A DNA stretch of 64,000 bases from positions 1 to 64,000 of IMG/VR virus record IMGVR_UViG_3300025030_001282; one strand, given 5' to 3'. Within the stretch, counting starts at the first letter, position 1; each line of letters starts with the position of its first letter. A program made the translations under genes and the position numbers. Below are positions 28,972 to 38,821 of this stretch, one piece after another. The stretch comes from a virus. The notes below the pieces were generated by a model, which was given only the letters and a program-made list of their open reading frames with translations, had not been told where the DNA came from and searched no databases.

Positions 28972-30501
28972 ATGGCAACCGAATACTCACTCCTAACCTG
29001 CCTTGGCCTCTCCACTGCCGTGACGCTTTCCACCTCTACGGACGCGGTGACACTGGCTAATCACGGGATGCCGGTCGGTCATGCGTTTCGGTTTCTTGCC
29101 ACGTCCACCACTCTCCCTTCTATAGGCGGGGTACAGGTCAGCCCGGACACCACCTATTACGTCTCCGCGAGCTCCCTTGCCGCCGGCACGTTTCTCATCT
29201 CCTCGATGGCAGACGGTTCCGACGCGCTCGACATTACGGCGGCGGGATCTGCTGTCAAGATCGTGGGTGAGTATTGGGCATCGAGGACGGTCGACCAAAA
29301 GGCACGATACGGCACGGCGGGAAGTGAGCGGGTTTATGCGGGGATGAACGCCGCCGATACCGCCATTGACGCCATGACCACCGATTACTCCAAAGACATC
29401 GTGATAGAAGTTTATGACGCTTGGACGGACTACCAGGGCGGTGGTGTCGGTGCCGACTTCGCCTTCAAGTGGCGATCCATGACCGTCCATTCCAAAGTGG
29501 GGACGACGCGAACGCCTGCATATCATGTCGGGGTGTTTGGTGCAGGCTACGTGCTGCAGACTCCGTCCCAGGTGACGCAGCTGCTTTACCGTGGCATGAC
29601 TTTCACCGTTGACGGCTTAGAGTTTTTGGGCACTGCAGCATCACCTACGACCGGAGCGGCAGTCAGAGCATTCGCACTGAATTGTACAGTTCGGAATTGC
29701 CTTGCCTATGGCGGGTACTACGGAATATGGGCTACCGCTGTAGGCGCTGTCGCGCATCACAATGTGGTGATTTCTGCCGTAAAGGGGATACAGCATAATT
29801 CCTCGAATGCTGCGGATACGGCGCAATGCTACAACAACATCGTCGCTAAATGTACCGATGGATTCGTAAATACTGGGGGATCATACACGCCATCCTGGAA
29901 TAACATAGCCATAGGCTGCACAAATCCTTGGTCTGCTGCACCCACAAACTGCTTTCTTGGCAACAATGCTTCTGACAATGGCACACCGTGGGGGACAAGT
30001 CCAGTCACTCTGGCGGCGGACTTTTCAGATTTTATGGACTATGCGAATAACGATTTCCGCCCCGCAACTGCTTCAAAATTGCAGGTCAACTCGGGCATCA
30101 CGTTGGAGGGAGTTGCAACAACAGACATTGCCGATCATACGGTGCCGAACTACCAAGCATCAACTTATCCCAACAACGTTATCGACATCGGTGCCTTTGA
30201 GTTCGACCACGGGGAGGGGCTTGCACCTCAGCAAGTCACCATCTCCCTGACCGGCATGGTCCAGGGCTCCGTTCTCGGCATCTACAAAGACAGCGACGGC
30301 AGCGAGATTGTAGCGCCAACAACCATAGGCGCGTCCGGTTCCCACTCCCTTACCTACAGCTACACCGGAGACACAGCGATCACCGTCAAGGTCCGCAAGG
30401 GCTCCGCTGCGCCGAAATACCTGCCCTATCAATACAGCGGCACCATTACCACTACAGGATTCAGCCTCAACGTCTCGCAGATTCCAGACACGATAGCATA
30501 G
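28972..30501 (+). CDS. Putative virion protein with beta-helix (pectin-lyase-like) region
   Basis: Asn/Gly/Thr-rich NN repeats, NDFRP...DIGAFEF ending. Confidence 0.6.
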   Translation: MATEYSLLTCLGLSTAVTLSTSTDAVTLANHGMPVGHAFRFLATSTTLPSIGGVQVSPDTTYYVSASSLAAGTFLISSMADGSDALDITAAGSAVKIVGEYWASRTVDQKARYGTAGSERVYAGMNAADTAIDAMTTDYSKDIVIEVYDAWTDYQGGGVGADFAFKWRSMTVHSKVGTTRTPAYHVGVFGAGYVLQTPSQVTQLLYRGMTFTVDGLEFLGTAASPTTGAAVRAFALNCTVRNCLAYGGYYGIWATAVGAVAHHNVVISAVKGIQHNSSNAADTAQCYNNIVAKCTDGFVNTGGSYTPSWNNIAIGCTNPWSAAPTNCFLGNNASDNGTPWGTSPVTLAADFSDFMDYANNDFRPATASKLQVNSGITLEGVATTDIADHTVPNYQASTYPNNVIDIGAFEFDHGEGLAPQQVTISLTGMVQGSVLGIYKDSDGSEIVAPTTIGASGSHSLTYSYTGDTAITVKVRKGSAAPKYLPYQYSGTITTTGFSLNVSQIPDTIA

Positions 30502-30510
30502 GAGAGCATC

Positions 30511-31881
30511 ATGGCTATTCAAGACGATTTCAGCCTCAACTACACCACCAAGAAGATCAGCCACGCCAGCGGATCAACCCGCTACACGGTCAACGCCTTT
30601 TACTCCTGGCTCATGGATCTGTTTGACGATGCGGGTCAGATTGACGATTCCGTGCCGGTGAAAGCGAACACCCCGACCGAGTACGAGCTTATCAACGGGT
30701 GGGAGTTCAACGCCGATTCAGATCTGGAGTACCTGTATGGCGGCTCCATCATCGTCAACAAGGGCGGCGGGAATGACATCTGGGCGAACTTCTACACGCT
30801 CGGCTCCATCAATGCAGGGTCCGTGGTCTACTGGCAGCAGGGTGCGGCCCTCGTTGCTTCTCATGCCGGATACAGCACCGGCCATATTGACCAGCTTATC
30901 AAGGTCGCGGCAGCAGGGGTGGACAATGACAGCAAAAAAGTCACCGCCTACATCCGCAACCTGGGCGACAGCTACGACCATTTCCAAGTCACGGCAACGG
31001 CGACCGGTGGACGAAACCCCGTCCCGCTGGCGACCTCCACCGACCTCAACGACGATGCAGCAACGGCGTCCATCGGCACCATGACCGTCGCTTTCGGTAC
31101 GGTCAGCCGGGACATTGGCGACGGCAACGGGGCGCAGAACTACGATGTGGAGGTTGACGCCACCGGCTATACCTGTGCTCAGGCGTACAAACTGCTCAAG
31201 TACCACACGCGCAGGCAAGCAACTGGTGCAGTCGGCACCGGCAACACGACTGCCGGGAGGTTCTACCAGGCTGCAAACGGGGCTTACTCGGCAGTCAAGG
31301 CCGCGCCCTTTGGCACTTTCGCGGGCGGGAAATTCTTTGGTGCTAGAGGCGTCTGGTTGAAAGGGGTTGCCGACCCTATGCAGATGCAGTTGATCGACGC
31401 TGGAGGGACCGTCAGGACGCCGCCCGTATCGATCTCTGTTGCTGTCTCCGGCGTCGTTGCTGGTGACAGGGTGCTGGTTGCCAGATCCTCGGCAGGGACG
31501 GTCAACAAGAGCCAGTTTACCATTGCCAGCGTCACGGCCAATACCATCGTGGCAACGGTGCCGATTCCTACTGACGTACCGGCAACCGGAGTCATCCGCG
31601 TGGGAGACACCCGCTACACCTACAGCGGCAAATCTGGCTCCACGTTCACAGGGGTGGCACCGAATCCGACTGGCAGCACAGGCGACTTCTACGTGCCGTT
31701 GATCGACACCGATGCAGCAGGAACGACTGTGACAGCACCGGCCATAACCTATCTGGCCGATTTCGATGTCATAGCGAGGGTGCGCAAAAAGGGCATCCTG
31801 CCGTTTGAAAACACCGGCTCCGTCACCAACGCCGGATTGACCATCAGCGCAATCAGGACCGCCGACACCATAGCGGTCTAA
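30511..31881 (+). CDS. Putative virion structural (fibre/decoration) protein
   Basis: Thr/Gly/Ala-rich beta-type sequence; AGGAG RBS. Confidence 0.6.
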   Translation: MAIQDDFSLNYTTKKISHASGSTRYTVNAFYSWLMDLFDDAGQIDDSVPVKANTPTEYELINGWEFNADSDLEYLYGGSIIVNKGGGNDIWANFYTLGSINAGSVVYWQQGAALVASHAGYSTGHIDQLIKVAAAGVDNDSKKVTAYIRNLGDSYDHFQVTATATGGRNPVPLATSTDLNDDAATASIGTMTVAFGTVSRDIGDGNGAQNYDVEVDATGYTCAQAYKLLKYHTRRQATGAVGTGNTTAGRFYQAANGAYSAVKAAPFGTFAGGKFFGARGVWLKGVADPMQMQLIDAGGTVRTPPVSISVAVSGVVAGDRVLVARSSAGTVNKSQFTIASVTANTIVATVPIPTDVPATGVIRVGDTRYTYSGKSGSTFTGVAPNPTGSTGDFYVPLIDTDAAGTTVTAPAITYLADFDVIARVRKKGILPFENTGSVTNAGLTISAIRTADTIAV

Positions 31882-31893
31882 TCGGAGGCTCCA

Positions 31894-32472
31894 TTGATTT
31901 ACGCCTACGATTTCAGCCAGAAGATAATCACCATCGCAGAGAGTCAATCGCCGCTGCTGGTGATTGACCTGCTCTCAGACATCAGGGAAGCGGAAGCATC
32001 CGCCCAAGGGATTACCTATGGAAGCATCGCCAGCGCCAGCGGAAAAGAAAGCCTCGGAAGTGGTGTCAGTGTCGGTGTCACCGTCAACCTACTGGACGAT
32101 TGGCAGATTCGATTCGAGGCGGGAAATTACATCGCCAAAATCTCCGGCGGCAACCTCGTCGGAGGATTCGGTGGAGACCCTGTAGCATACTCAGCGGGGG
32201 TCCAGGTGCTCCTGATTCAGAGTACAGCGTCCACCGTGGTCACGCAGTCAACCGGCAGCGGGTTATCTGCCGAACAGGACGCTACTTTGACGGCGGCACT
32301 CCAGGCGGCGCAAGGGGCGAACACTCAGGCTACCAAGGGCCGCAAGATGCAAACGAACAAGGCCATTGTCTCAGGTGACGGGTTGTTTGTCAGCATCTAT
32401 GACGACGATGGGTTGACGCTGCTCCAGTCGTTCACGATCAGCTCGGACAAGAACACGAGGACACCCGCATGA
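31894..32472 (+). CDS. Putative virion structural protein
   Basis: GGAGG RBS, TTG start. Confidence 0.55.
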   Translation: MIYAYDFSQKIITIAESQSPLLVIDLLSDIREAEASAQGITYGSIASASGKESLGSGVSVGVTVNLLDDWQIRFEAGNYIAKISGGNLVGGFGGDPVAYSAGVQVLLIQSTASTVVTQSTGSGLSAEQDATLTAALQAAQGANTQATKGRKMQTNKAIVSGDGLFVSIYDDDGLTLLQSFTISSDKNTRTPA

Positions 32473-32756
32473 TCTATCCTGACTGGCTAGGGACAGATGA
32501 TGTCTACGATAAGCGTAAACCGGCAGCAGCAGTTGTTGCCCAAATAGCATCCCACGGCAGCAAGATAATTATTAAGGCATACAAAAGCCACCAGATGCCA
32601 GCCGTGGTCACTGCTCAATATCCACGGACAAAGACCACAGCAAAACTGCTAATCGTCGCAGCAATAGCAGTCAGAACAACCGTACTTCAGGGTATCCAAA
32701 TGGCAGGAGGCAGCAGACAGCCCTCACGACTGAAAAGCGTGAAGCAAATACTTTGA
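32469..32756 (+). CDS. Hypothetical protein
   Basis: ATGA overlap. Confidence 0.45.
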   Translation: MIYPDWLGTDDVYDKRKPAAAVVAQIASHGSKIIIKAYKSHQMPAVVTAQYPRTKTTAKLLIVAAIAVRTTVLQGIQMAGGSRQPSRLKSVKQIL

Positions 32757-32771
32757 TCAACAGGAGCGCCA

Positions 32772-33311
32772 ATGCTTACAATAACATTCGAAAACCCTGT
32801 CCCCAGCGCCAATGAGGATGCTGCCATTGGAGTGATTTGGTATGCCTCCATAGACGGTGGTTCATTCGCCGAACTTGGAAGGAGCCTATTAAGCGAAATC
32901 CAAATGGACACTGTGACTGGACAATATATCTGGCAAATGGTTAACGCAGACCCAGCACAGTATCAGTTAATAAAGACCTACAGCGCAGCCGGAGTCCAAA
33001 GTTTTGTAGGGTCGCTCCTGCCCCCCTTGCCGCCAAACCCAAGCCTGCAAAATCTGTTTGGCTACGTGAAAGAGTTGGGCACCGCCTGGGCAAATGGAGA
33101 TGAGGTGGCTGTAAGACCTATGGTCGACCAAACGGCAAACGGCGCACTTCTGACGGCATCCTGCAGGAAAACTGTCGTTTCATCTAATGGTATATTCACA
33201 CTACTTGTCGACAAGGGTGCAAGGGTGATGATTACGATAGGCACCTACTTTAGTAAAGAAATTACGATTACTGAGCATGACACGAGAGATATTACAGAGT
33301 ATTTGAGATAG
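32772..33311 (+). CDS. Hypothetical (beta-rich) protein
   Basis: AGGAG RBS. Confidence 0.6.
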   Translation: MLTITFENPVPSANEDAAIGVIWYASIDGGSFAELGRSLLSEIQMDTVTGQYIWQMVNADPAQYQLIKTYSAAGVQSFVGSLLPPLPPNPSLQNLFGYVKELGTAWANGDEVAVRPMVDQTANGALLTASCRKTVVSSNGIFTLLVDKGARVMITIGTYFSKEITITEHDTRDITEYLR

Positions 33312-33324
33312 AGGTGCCCAGATC

Positions 33325-33570
33325 ATGAGTGCTACCATCAGCCATAACCTGGACGACGAGGAGCTGATCAAGGCCCTCGCCGCCCTGGCCGACGACTCCG
33401 GAATAAGCGAGGAGCTGCAGAAGGCCATCAGACGGAAGGCCTGCGACGACGAGCCGAAGGAGCCCAGGCACCCGGCTATGCGGCACCTGTACCGCCTGTT
33501 CCTGCGACAGCACCAGGAGGCCCTGCGGGATATCGAGCGCTACGCGCAGCAGATCATGGAGGAACAGTGA
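33325..33570 (+). CDS. Small head-associated protein with LIKA/LQKA motifs
   Basis: GAGGT RBS; two K-A motifs. Confidence 0.6.
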   Translation: MSATISHNLDDEELIKALAALADDSGISEELQKAIRRKACDDEPKEPRHPAMRHLYRLFLRQHQEALRDIERYAQQIMEEQ

Positions 33571-34061
33571 GTATGACAGGCAACCCCGAGCAAAAGACAA
33601 TTGCACACGGATATTGCCATTGTGGGTGCGGCCAAAAAACAGAAATCGCAAAGAGCGGGCGGCATGAGTGCGGCTGGATCAAGGGCGAGCCCAAGGCTTA
33701 CACCAGGACCAACACCAGGGGTACGGTGAGCCACATCGAGCAGAAAGGGGCACCGGAGCAGCCGGTAACGATTCAAGCAGCAAATCCTGGCAAACGCTAC
33801 GCCATACCCCCGCCCCCCGCTGCAGACCAGCAGAGAACGGCGGCAGCAGCGATGGTCAAGCCCGAAATGACGCTTGCCCAGATCAGGGCGGCCATTGAGA
33901 CACAGCACGTCTCAACTGAAGACTTTATCGGCGACCTTGAACCGGGTCAGACCACCATCCTGCGCACGACCACGGGGGACACACAGCGGGTGAAGATTGT
34001 CCCGGAAGGAAGAGTACCGAACCCGGCACTGGCCAAACCGATTAGAAGGACCAAGGCATGA
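33567..34061 (+). CDS. Hypothetical protein with CHCGCG motif
   Basis: GTGA overlap. Confidence 0.5.
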   Translation: MSMTGNPEQKTIAHGYCHCGCGQKTEIAKSGRHECGWIKGEPKAYTRTNTRGTVSHIEQKGAPEQPVTIQAANPGKRYAIPPPPAADQQRTAAAAMVKPEMTLAQIRAAIETQHVSTEDFIGDLEPGQTTILRTTTGDTQRVKIVPEGRVPNPALAKPIRRTKA

Positions 34062-35065
34062 CCCCAGAACAGCTCCGCAGGCTACAGCAGGCGATCACCG
34101 ACCGCTACGAGTTCATAGCAGCCCAGATGGATGAAGGATACCAGCCGGACTCGGCGCAGCTCATGCGCTGGCAACGGCTGGGCCTCGTCCCGGAGGATAT
34201 CACGCCGGAGACGTTCGCCCTGTCGGTCCCCCCCGAGATGCACATGCTGCGCAACGCCTTTGTCCTGGGGCGCATGGCGGAAGCCGTGGAGCAGGGGGAG
34301 AGCTTCGACCAGGTGATGCACCTCGCCGTCCAGATGCCCCTGAAGAAGCCGGACCTTGCCGCCATCGCAATGGCAGAGCAGCACGCCGGGATCTACATCA
34401 GGAACTTCGCGGGCGACGTGGCCACCGAGGCAGGAAAGCTTTGGGCTAAGGAGCAAGGCGAGCGCGTGCGGCAGATGGCCATCGACTTCCACAGCCAAAC
34501 GCTGCAAGCCAAGGTGCTAGACGTGGAGAGGAAGCTGGACGCGGGAATCCCCATCCCGCAGAAGCAGGTCACGACGTGGCAGCAGTTCGGTAGCGAGCTG
34601 CACCACACGATGGAAGACAAGGCCAGGGACTGGCAGCGAGTGGCATACACCGAGCTGACCGACACGGGGAAGAAGGGAGAGGCGCTCAGGATCCTGGAGC
34701 TGCACGGCCCGGACGTCCTGGTCTACAAGAAGCCCATGCCGACCGCCTGCGCCCAATGCAAGCACGCCTATCTACTGGCCGACAGCAAGACGCCCAGGCT
34801 GTTCCGCCTGCGCGATCTGCTGGAGAACGCGAGCAACGTCGGCAGGAAGGCGCACCCGACTAGGAAAGGAAAAGTTGTAGCAGGGGGGAGAGAGGACGGG
34901 CAGGAAGCAGTAAAGGCCGTGGCGGGGGTCATGCACCCCTGGTGCCAGTGCGGAGGCCCCTACGTGGCTACAGGATACGAACCTTGGTTGACAGAGAAGC
35001 AGAAGGAGTTGGTGAAGCAGAGCCGAGCACAGAGAATTCCGCCTCGACCACCACAGGAGGCGTGA
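34058..35065 (+). CDS. MuF-like head morphogenesis (minor capsid) protein
   Basis: WQRVAYTE, ACAQC, HPWCQC motifs. Confidence 0.75.
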   Translation: MTPEQLRRLQQAITDRYEFIAAQMDEGYQPDSAQLMRWQRLGLVPEDITPETFALSVPPEMHMLRNAFVLGRMAEAVEQGESFDQVMHLAVQMPLKKPDLAAIAMAEQHAGIYIRNFAGDVATEAGKLWAKEQGERVRQMAIDFHSQTLQAKVLDVERKLDAGIPIPQKQVTTWQQFGSELHHTMEDKARDWQRVAYTELTDTGKKGEALRILELHGPDVLVYKKPMPTACAQCKHAYLLADSKTPRLFRLRDLLENASNVGRKAHPTRKGKVVAGGREDGQEAVKAVAGVMHPWCQCGGPYVATGYEPWLTEKQKELVKQSRAQRIPPRPPQEA

Positions 35066-35187
35066 AGCGGACGCAAATAGAGATCGCAAGCGGCCCGGAT
35101 TGAGAAACCCCCATGCGCACCAACGGCACATCGGGCAACCCACCGGGCCGAAGTACTTCCCCCTCCAGCACACGGACAGCCGGAACG

Positions 35188-35370
35188 CTACTCCGGTTCA
35201 TGGCCGCACACCGAGCAACGAGCATCACTCTCCAACTCAGCTAGACACCCTGGGCAGCGCCCGGCAATATGATGCCTTCCGCCACCGCACGCCGGACAAA
35301 AGCCAGCCTCGGTTGGATAATCGTACTCGTGCCCGCAGTCTTCACATTTAAAAACGCCCACACACGACAT
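35188..35370 (-). CDS. Small multi-Zn-ribbon protein
   Basis: Four CxxC pairs. Confidence 0.45.
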   Translation of the reverse strand: MSCVGVFKCEDCGHEYDYPTEAGFCPACGGGRHHIAGRCPGCLAELESDARCSVCGHEPE

Positions 35371-35421
35371 GCGGGCGACTATATCAGAGGAATGAGGACA
35401 CGTCTAGAAAGGATGCAAAGT

Positions 35422-35838
35422 TTACTTTACGGGGACGGGAGCAACGGCTTTAGGGTTTGGGGGGATGGAGCTAAACGAGAACACTATTTTTTGGCCGCCC
35501 AGGGCTGTTTCGTAGGAATAGGCACCCTTCCCTATGACCACCCCAGAATAGAAATTCATGGGCGCACTGGCTTTACCGAAATCGACCATAGCAAATGGGG
35601 CAGAGTCAGACATTGCCGAATAAATACCCTGGCTTTTGTTCAACAGATACACCAAGCGTCCCATATATCTGAAACATTTTCCGGTGCTGTCATATGGGTT
35701 TACCGAGACGAGCTTGATCATGGGCTCTATGCCACCAGGACACATCTTGTCCGCTTCACTTGCGGTAGATTGCCCAGCGTCCTGCGCCCACGCAGGCAAA
35801 GCAACGAGTAACAGCAGACTGGCGACGAACCACTTCAT
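35422..35838 (-). CDS. Secreted/periplasmic protein (moron-like)
   Basis: Signal peptide MKWFVASLLLLVALPAWA; GGGAGG RBS. Confidence 0.7.
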   Translation of the reverse strand: MKWFVASLLLLVALPAWAQDAGQSTASEADKMCPGGIEPMIKLVSVNPYDSTGKCFRYMGRLVYLLNKSQGIYSAMSDSAPFAMVDFGKASAPMNFYSGVVIGKGAYSYETALGGQKIVFSFSSIPPNPKAVAPVPVK

Positions 35839-35905
35839 GATATCCCTCCCTGGTACGTAATTAAATCATAACGCGGGGGACTATAGCAGAGGAGAAGGCC
35901 CACGT

Positions 35906-36418
35906 CTAGCCTTGAGGCAGAGGCTTGCCCAGGAGCGCCACCTGCCGTGCCACCCGGACCGGAGGCCACTCCAGGGCAATGCCGATCTGTGCCAAGGTTG
36001 CCGTCACATCGACGCCCATCCCCTCCGGGCACCACGTCGCCTCGTACCCAGGGAGCCCGGCCAGTGCCGCCGCGCTCTTCGCCCGGAGCTGCTTCCTGGC
36101 AGTACCCTGCCAATAGAGCACGCAACGCAGTTGAGCATCGCTCCAGTTTGGATGTTTCATGGCCATGCGCGACACATACCCGCCCAGATCGAAATCGTTG
36201 ACGACGACGTAGACCGGCGCAGAGATATCGAAGGCATGGGCGAAGCCCGGAGCCGCAGGCGGGCAGCGTTCGCTCTTCCCGACGTTGGGGCACCCACGAG
36301 GATGCAGCGGGTACGGCTTCACGCACAGGGCGCGGACGCTGAAGTCGAGGACCGGCTGAACCTGCCTCACCAACGGCGAAAGGACGCCACCCGAAAAGAG
36401 CCCCAGCTGCTCGTTCAC
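35906..36418 (-). CDS. DUF2284-like predicted metal-binding protein
   Basis: CPNVGKSERCPP...PEGMGVDVTAT. Confidence 0.55.
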   Translation of the reverse strand: MNEQLGLFSGGVLSPLVRQVQPVLDFSVRALCVKPYPLHPRGCPNVGKSERCPPAAPGFAHAFDISAPVYVVVNDFDLGGYVSRMAMKHPNWSDAQLRCVLYWQGTARKQLRAKSAAALAGLPGYEATWCPEGMGVDVTATLAQIGIALEWPPVRVARQVALLGKPLPQG

Positions 36419-36588
36419 AGCACTTCACCCTGGCGCTCCACGATTACCATCAGCGAATTGTAGGCCGACATGAACTCCGAGCGGTCCGGGGTGGAAATAA
36501 CCCCGGAGGCGCTTTCCAGCTCAGTGGCGGCGCGGCGCACCGATGTAAGAACCGACACGGTGGTGACAGGACCACAAACTAATCTCAT
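36415..36588 (-). CDS. 57-aa hypothetical protein (not in the ORF track)
   Basis: GGGAGGT RBS; GTGA overlap with the downstream gene. Confidence 0.5.
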   Translation of the reverse strand: MRLVCGPVTTVSVLTSVRRAATELESASGVISTPDRSEFMSAYNSLMVIVERQGEVL

Positions 36589-36611
36589 AACTACCTCCCT
36601 TGATAAAGGCC

Positions 36612-38207
36612 CTATGCGGCCAGCCCAATTTTGATCTGTGATCCGCCGTTCAAAACAGCAAATAGCGGTTTCTTAGCTTCCTTGTCGTAAGAGACGGCAC
36701 CCTCGAAGGCCTGAGCGACAGACTGCGCCTCGCAGGTGAGTTCGCGGAAAGGCTTCGTGCCATAGTCTTGCGGCAACCAACCCTTGCCCCGGCAAGCCAC
36801 GACGTTGAAGCGGCGCAGAATATCTTCATTCCTGAAGGTCAGGTGGATGGTGCCCTTTTTGTGCGCTGTGGCCTTGAAGTAGGTACTTTCCACGCCGGAG
36901 CTAACGCCAACGGCAAAGGATTTGCGGAGCGCATCAGAGATAGAAACGTATCCGGCCATGCCATCGAAGTAGTTCATAACCTTGTCGATATCGTCGAGAA
37001 CCTCGGCAGCCTTGTAATCCAGTTGCAAGCCGCTGTAGCCATAGAACGGATTGCCGTAACTGGCCCGGATCGGCACAATGACGCGGCGACCGACCTTGAA
37101 AGCCTTGTTGGTTTTCCAGCCATTGAAGTAGTGGATGTTCTTCTGCCACAGGCCATCATCCCAGCAGTGCCGCACTGTGAACATGTCGAAGACATCAAGC
37201 ACCGCTTCAGTCAGCGTTTGCTCATAGCCACCGATCAGGTTCATGACGAATTGCCGGATATTGCTTTCGGTGAAGTCCATGAAGCAGCGATCCGTCAGGG
37301 CGTGTTCGAACTCCGCCTGCTTCTTTGCGGTCAACCGGCTTTTCACATCTTTAAGGTCAAGCGTGCGACGCCAGAAGTCGACACGCACCGATCGCAGCAG
37401 CAGGTTCACTGCGTGCTGCAATTTCCCCGTGAGGTCTTCCGCAGAGCGCCCACCTTGTTGCCGCCCCCCCACGTCGTTCAACGTGAGGTATTTTCCGATG
37501 TGCCGATAGTTGCGGTAAAAGCCGGTAATCGTTTCCATCCCCACTTGCACAGCGCGGTTATATTCCAGGACCAGTTCCGAAATCGTGCGGCCATTGGACA
37601 CTTCATGCTTTTCAGTGAAGGCAGCCTTCGACTCCTGAGCGATATCTTCAGCGCCAGCAAAAAGGTCATCTTCCACACGGCGGTCGATCACGATGCTGAC
37701 CAGGGCCACCTCAACGTCCGTGCGACGCTCTGCCAGTGAAAACCCGTTAGCAATGTATTCGATGCTGGCTCCGCATTCGTCCAGACGCCGGACTAAGAGC
37801 TTTCGGCTGCTGGTATGCGGATTCCGAAGGGTCTCCGCGTTGAGGAGGAAAATAATCTGCCCCCGATACATAATGTCGAGAGCCTTGAGCAGATGCTGTT
37901 CCCCGTTTTCGAAGGGAGGATTGGCAATGATCAGGTCGAATTTATCCGGGCCGGAGTAGGCCAGGAAATCGGAATCGATCAGCTTGAAGGACTTGCCACG
38001 GAGGGTGGCTTGTAGTTCGGGGTCGCTTTCGATGGCGAAAATGTCGTCAGCAGAAAAACGCCGAGTGTGCGATGAAAGAAGCGCTTCAATGAGGTCACCC
38101 TTGCCAGCGGACGGCTCTAGAACCTTGACAGGGTGACCTTTGATTTTGCAGATCATGCGGGAGGCCAGGGAAACCGGAGTAGGGAAAAATGATTTGTTGC
38201 TTAACAC
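36612..38207 (-). CDS. N6-adenine DNA methyltransferase with DUF4942-like C-terminal domain
   Basis: FFPTP, VLEPSAGKG, IIANPPF; C-terminal KKGTIHLTF. Confidence 0.85.
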   Translation of the reverse strand: MLSNKSFFPTPVSLASRMICKIKGHPVKVLEPSAGKGDLIEALLSSHTRRFSADDIFAIESDPELQATLRGKSFKLIDSDFLAYSGPDKFDLIIANPPFENGEQHLLKALDIMYRGQIIFLLNAETLRNPHTSSRKLLVRRLDECGASIEYIANGFSLAERRTDVEVALVSIVIDRRVEDDLFAGAEDIAQESKAAFTEKHEVSNGRTISELVLEYNRAVQVGMETITGFYRNYRHIGKYLTLNDVGGRQQGGRSAEDLTGKLQHAVNLLLRSVRVDFWRRTLDLKDVKSRLTAKKQAEFEHALTDRCFMDFTESNIRQFVMNLIGGYEQTLTEAVLDVFDMFTVRHCWDDGLWQKNIHYFNGWKTNKAFKVGRRVIVPIRASYGNPFYGYSGLQLDYKAAEVLDDIDKVMNYFDGMAGYVSISDALRKSFAVGVSSGVESTYFKATAHKKGTIHLTFRNEDILRRFNVVACRGKGWLPQDYGTKPFRELTCEAQSVAQAFEGAVSYDKEAKKPLFAVLNGGSQIKIGLAA

Positions 38208-38273
38208 AAAGAGACTCCTGATGCTGAAAACGATATCTGCAAAGGGGTAAAGCCCCCAGCCTAAACTGATACA

Positions 38274-38684
38274 TCAACCGCCAGAAGCAAGGTGCAGCAG
38301 CAGCGCCTTTTTATAGTCGTCGCAGGTGTTCAGGTACTTGTGGCCGCGAGTGGTGCGGATTGCTTCGACCGCCTGGACCGGGTCGGCTCCCTGGGCCGCC
38401 TCGTAGAGCTTGACCAGCTTCCGCTGGGCGCAGATCAGGGCAGTGTTCTCCGGATTGCCACCCGTGAGAGCCGGAGGAACCGGGACCGCCTTTGCAGCCG
38501 CTGCAGGTGCCATTGCCGCAGCGAAGCGCTTACCTTCCGGGCTGTCCGGGTTGTCTTCGCAGAAGCGGCGGGCTCTTTGTACCTTGGTGAAGATGACATC
38601 GACCACCGCGCCCGTATCGTCGTATATGGTGAGACGACCATTCATGCCATTGCCAAAGTCCCTATGGGTTTCCGCGATTTTCAT
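38274..38684 (-). CDS. Hypothetical protein
   Basis: GGGAGG RBS before ATG at 38684. Confidence 0.6.
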   Translation of the reverse strand: MKIAETHRDFGNGMNGRLTIYDDTGAVVDVIFTKVQRARRFCEDNPDSPEGKRFAAAMAPAAAAKAVPVPPALTGGNPENTALICAQRKLVKLYEAAQGADPVQAVEAIRTTRGHKYLNTCDDYKKALLLHLASGG

Positions 38685-38765
38685 GGTGTTCCTCCCCCAG
38701 ACGCAAAATATGCTGCATGGATATCCAAAGGCCCCGCCACAAAGTGATCCCACCCGGCAAAAAGT

Positions 38766-38794
38766 TTGATATGCGCTACGAAAGGCCGTAGAAT
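38766..38794 (+). promoter_or_regulatory. Sigma70-like promoter of the polyprotein gene, overlapping a copy of the 15-bp motif
   Basis: TTGATA-N17-TAGAAT. Confidence 0.7.
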
Positions 38795-38821
38795 CACCCC
38801 CAGGAACAAAAAGGGGGAATC

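Noticed and set aside
35269-35811. Plus-strand 180-aa ORF
   Set aside because: Overlaps the better-supported minus-strand gene that has an RBS and signal peptide
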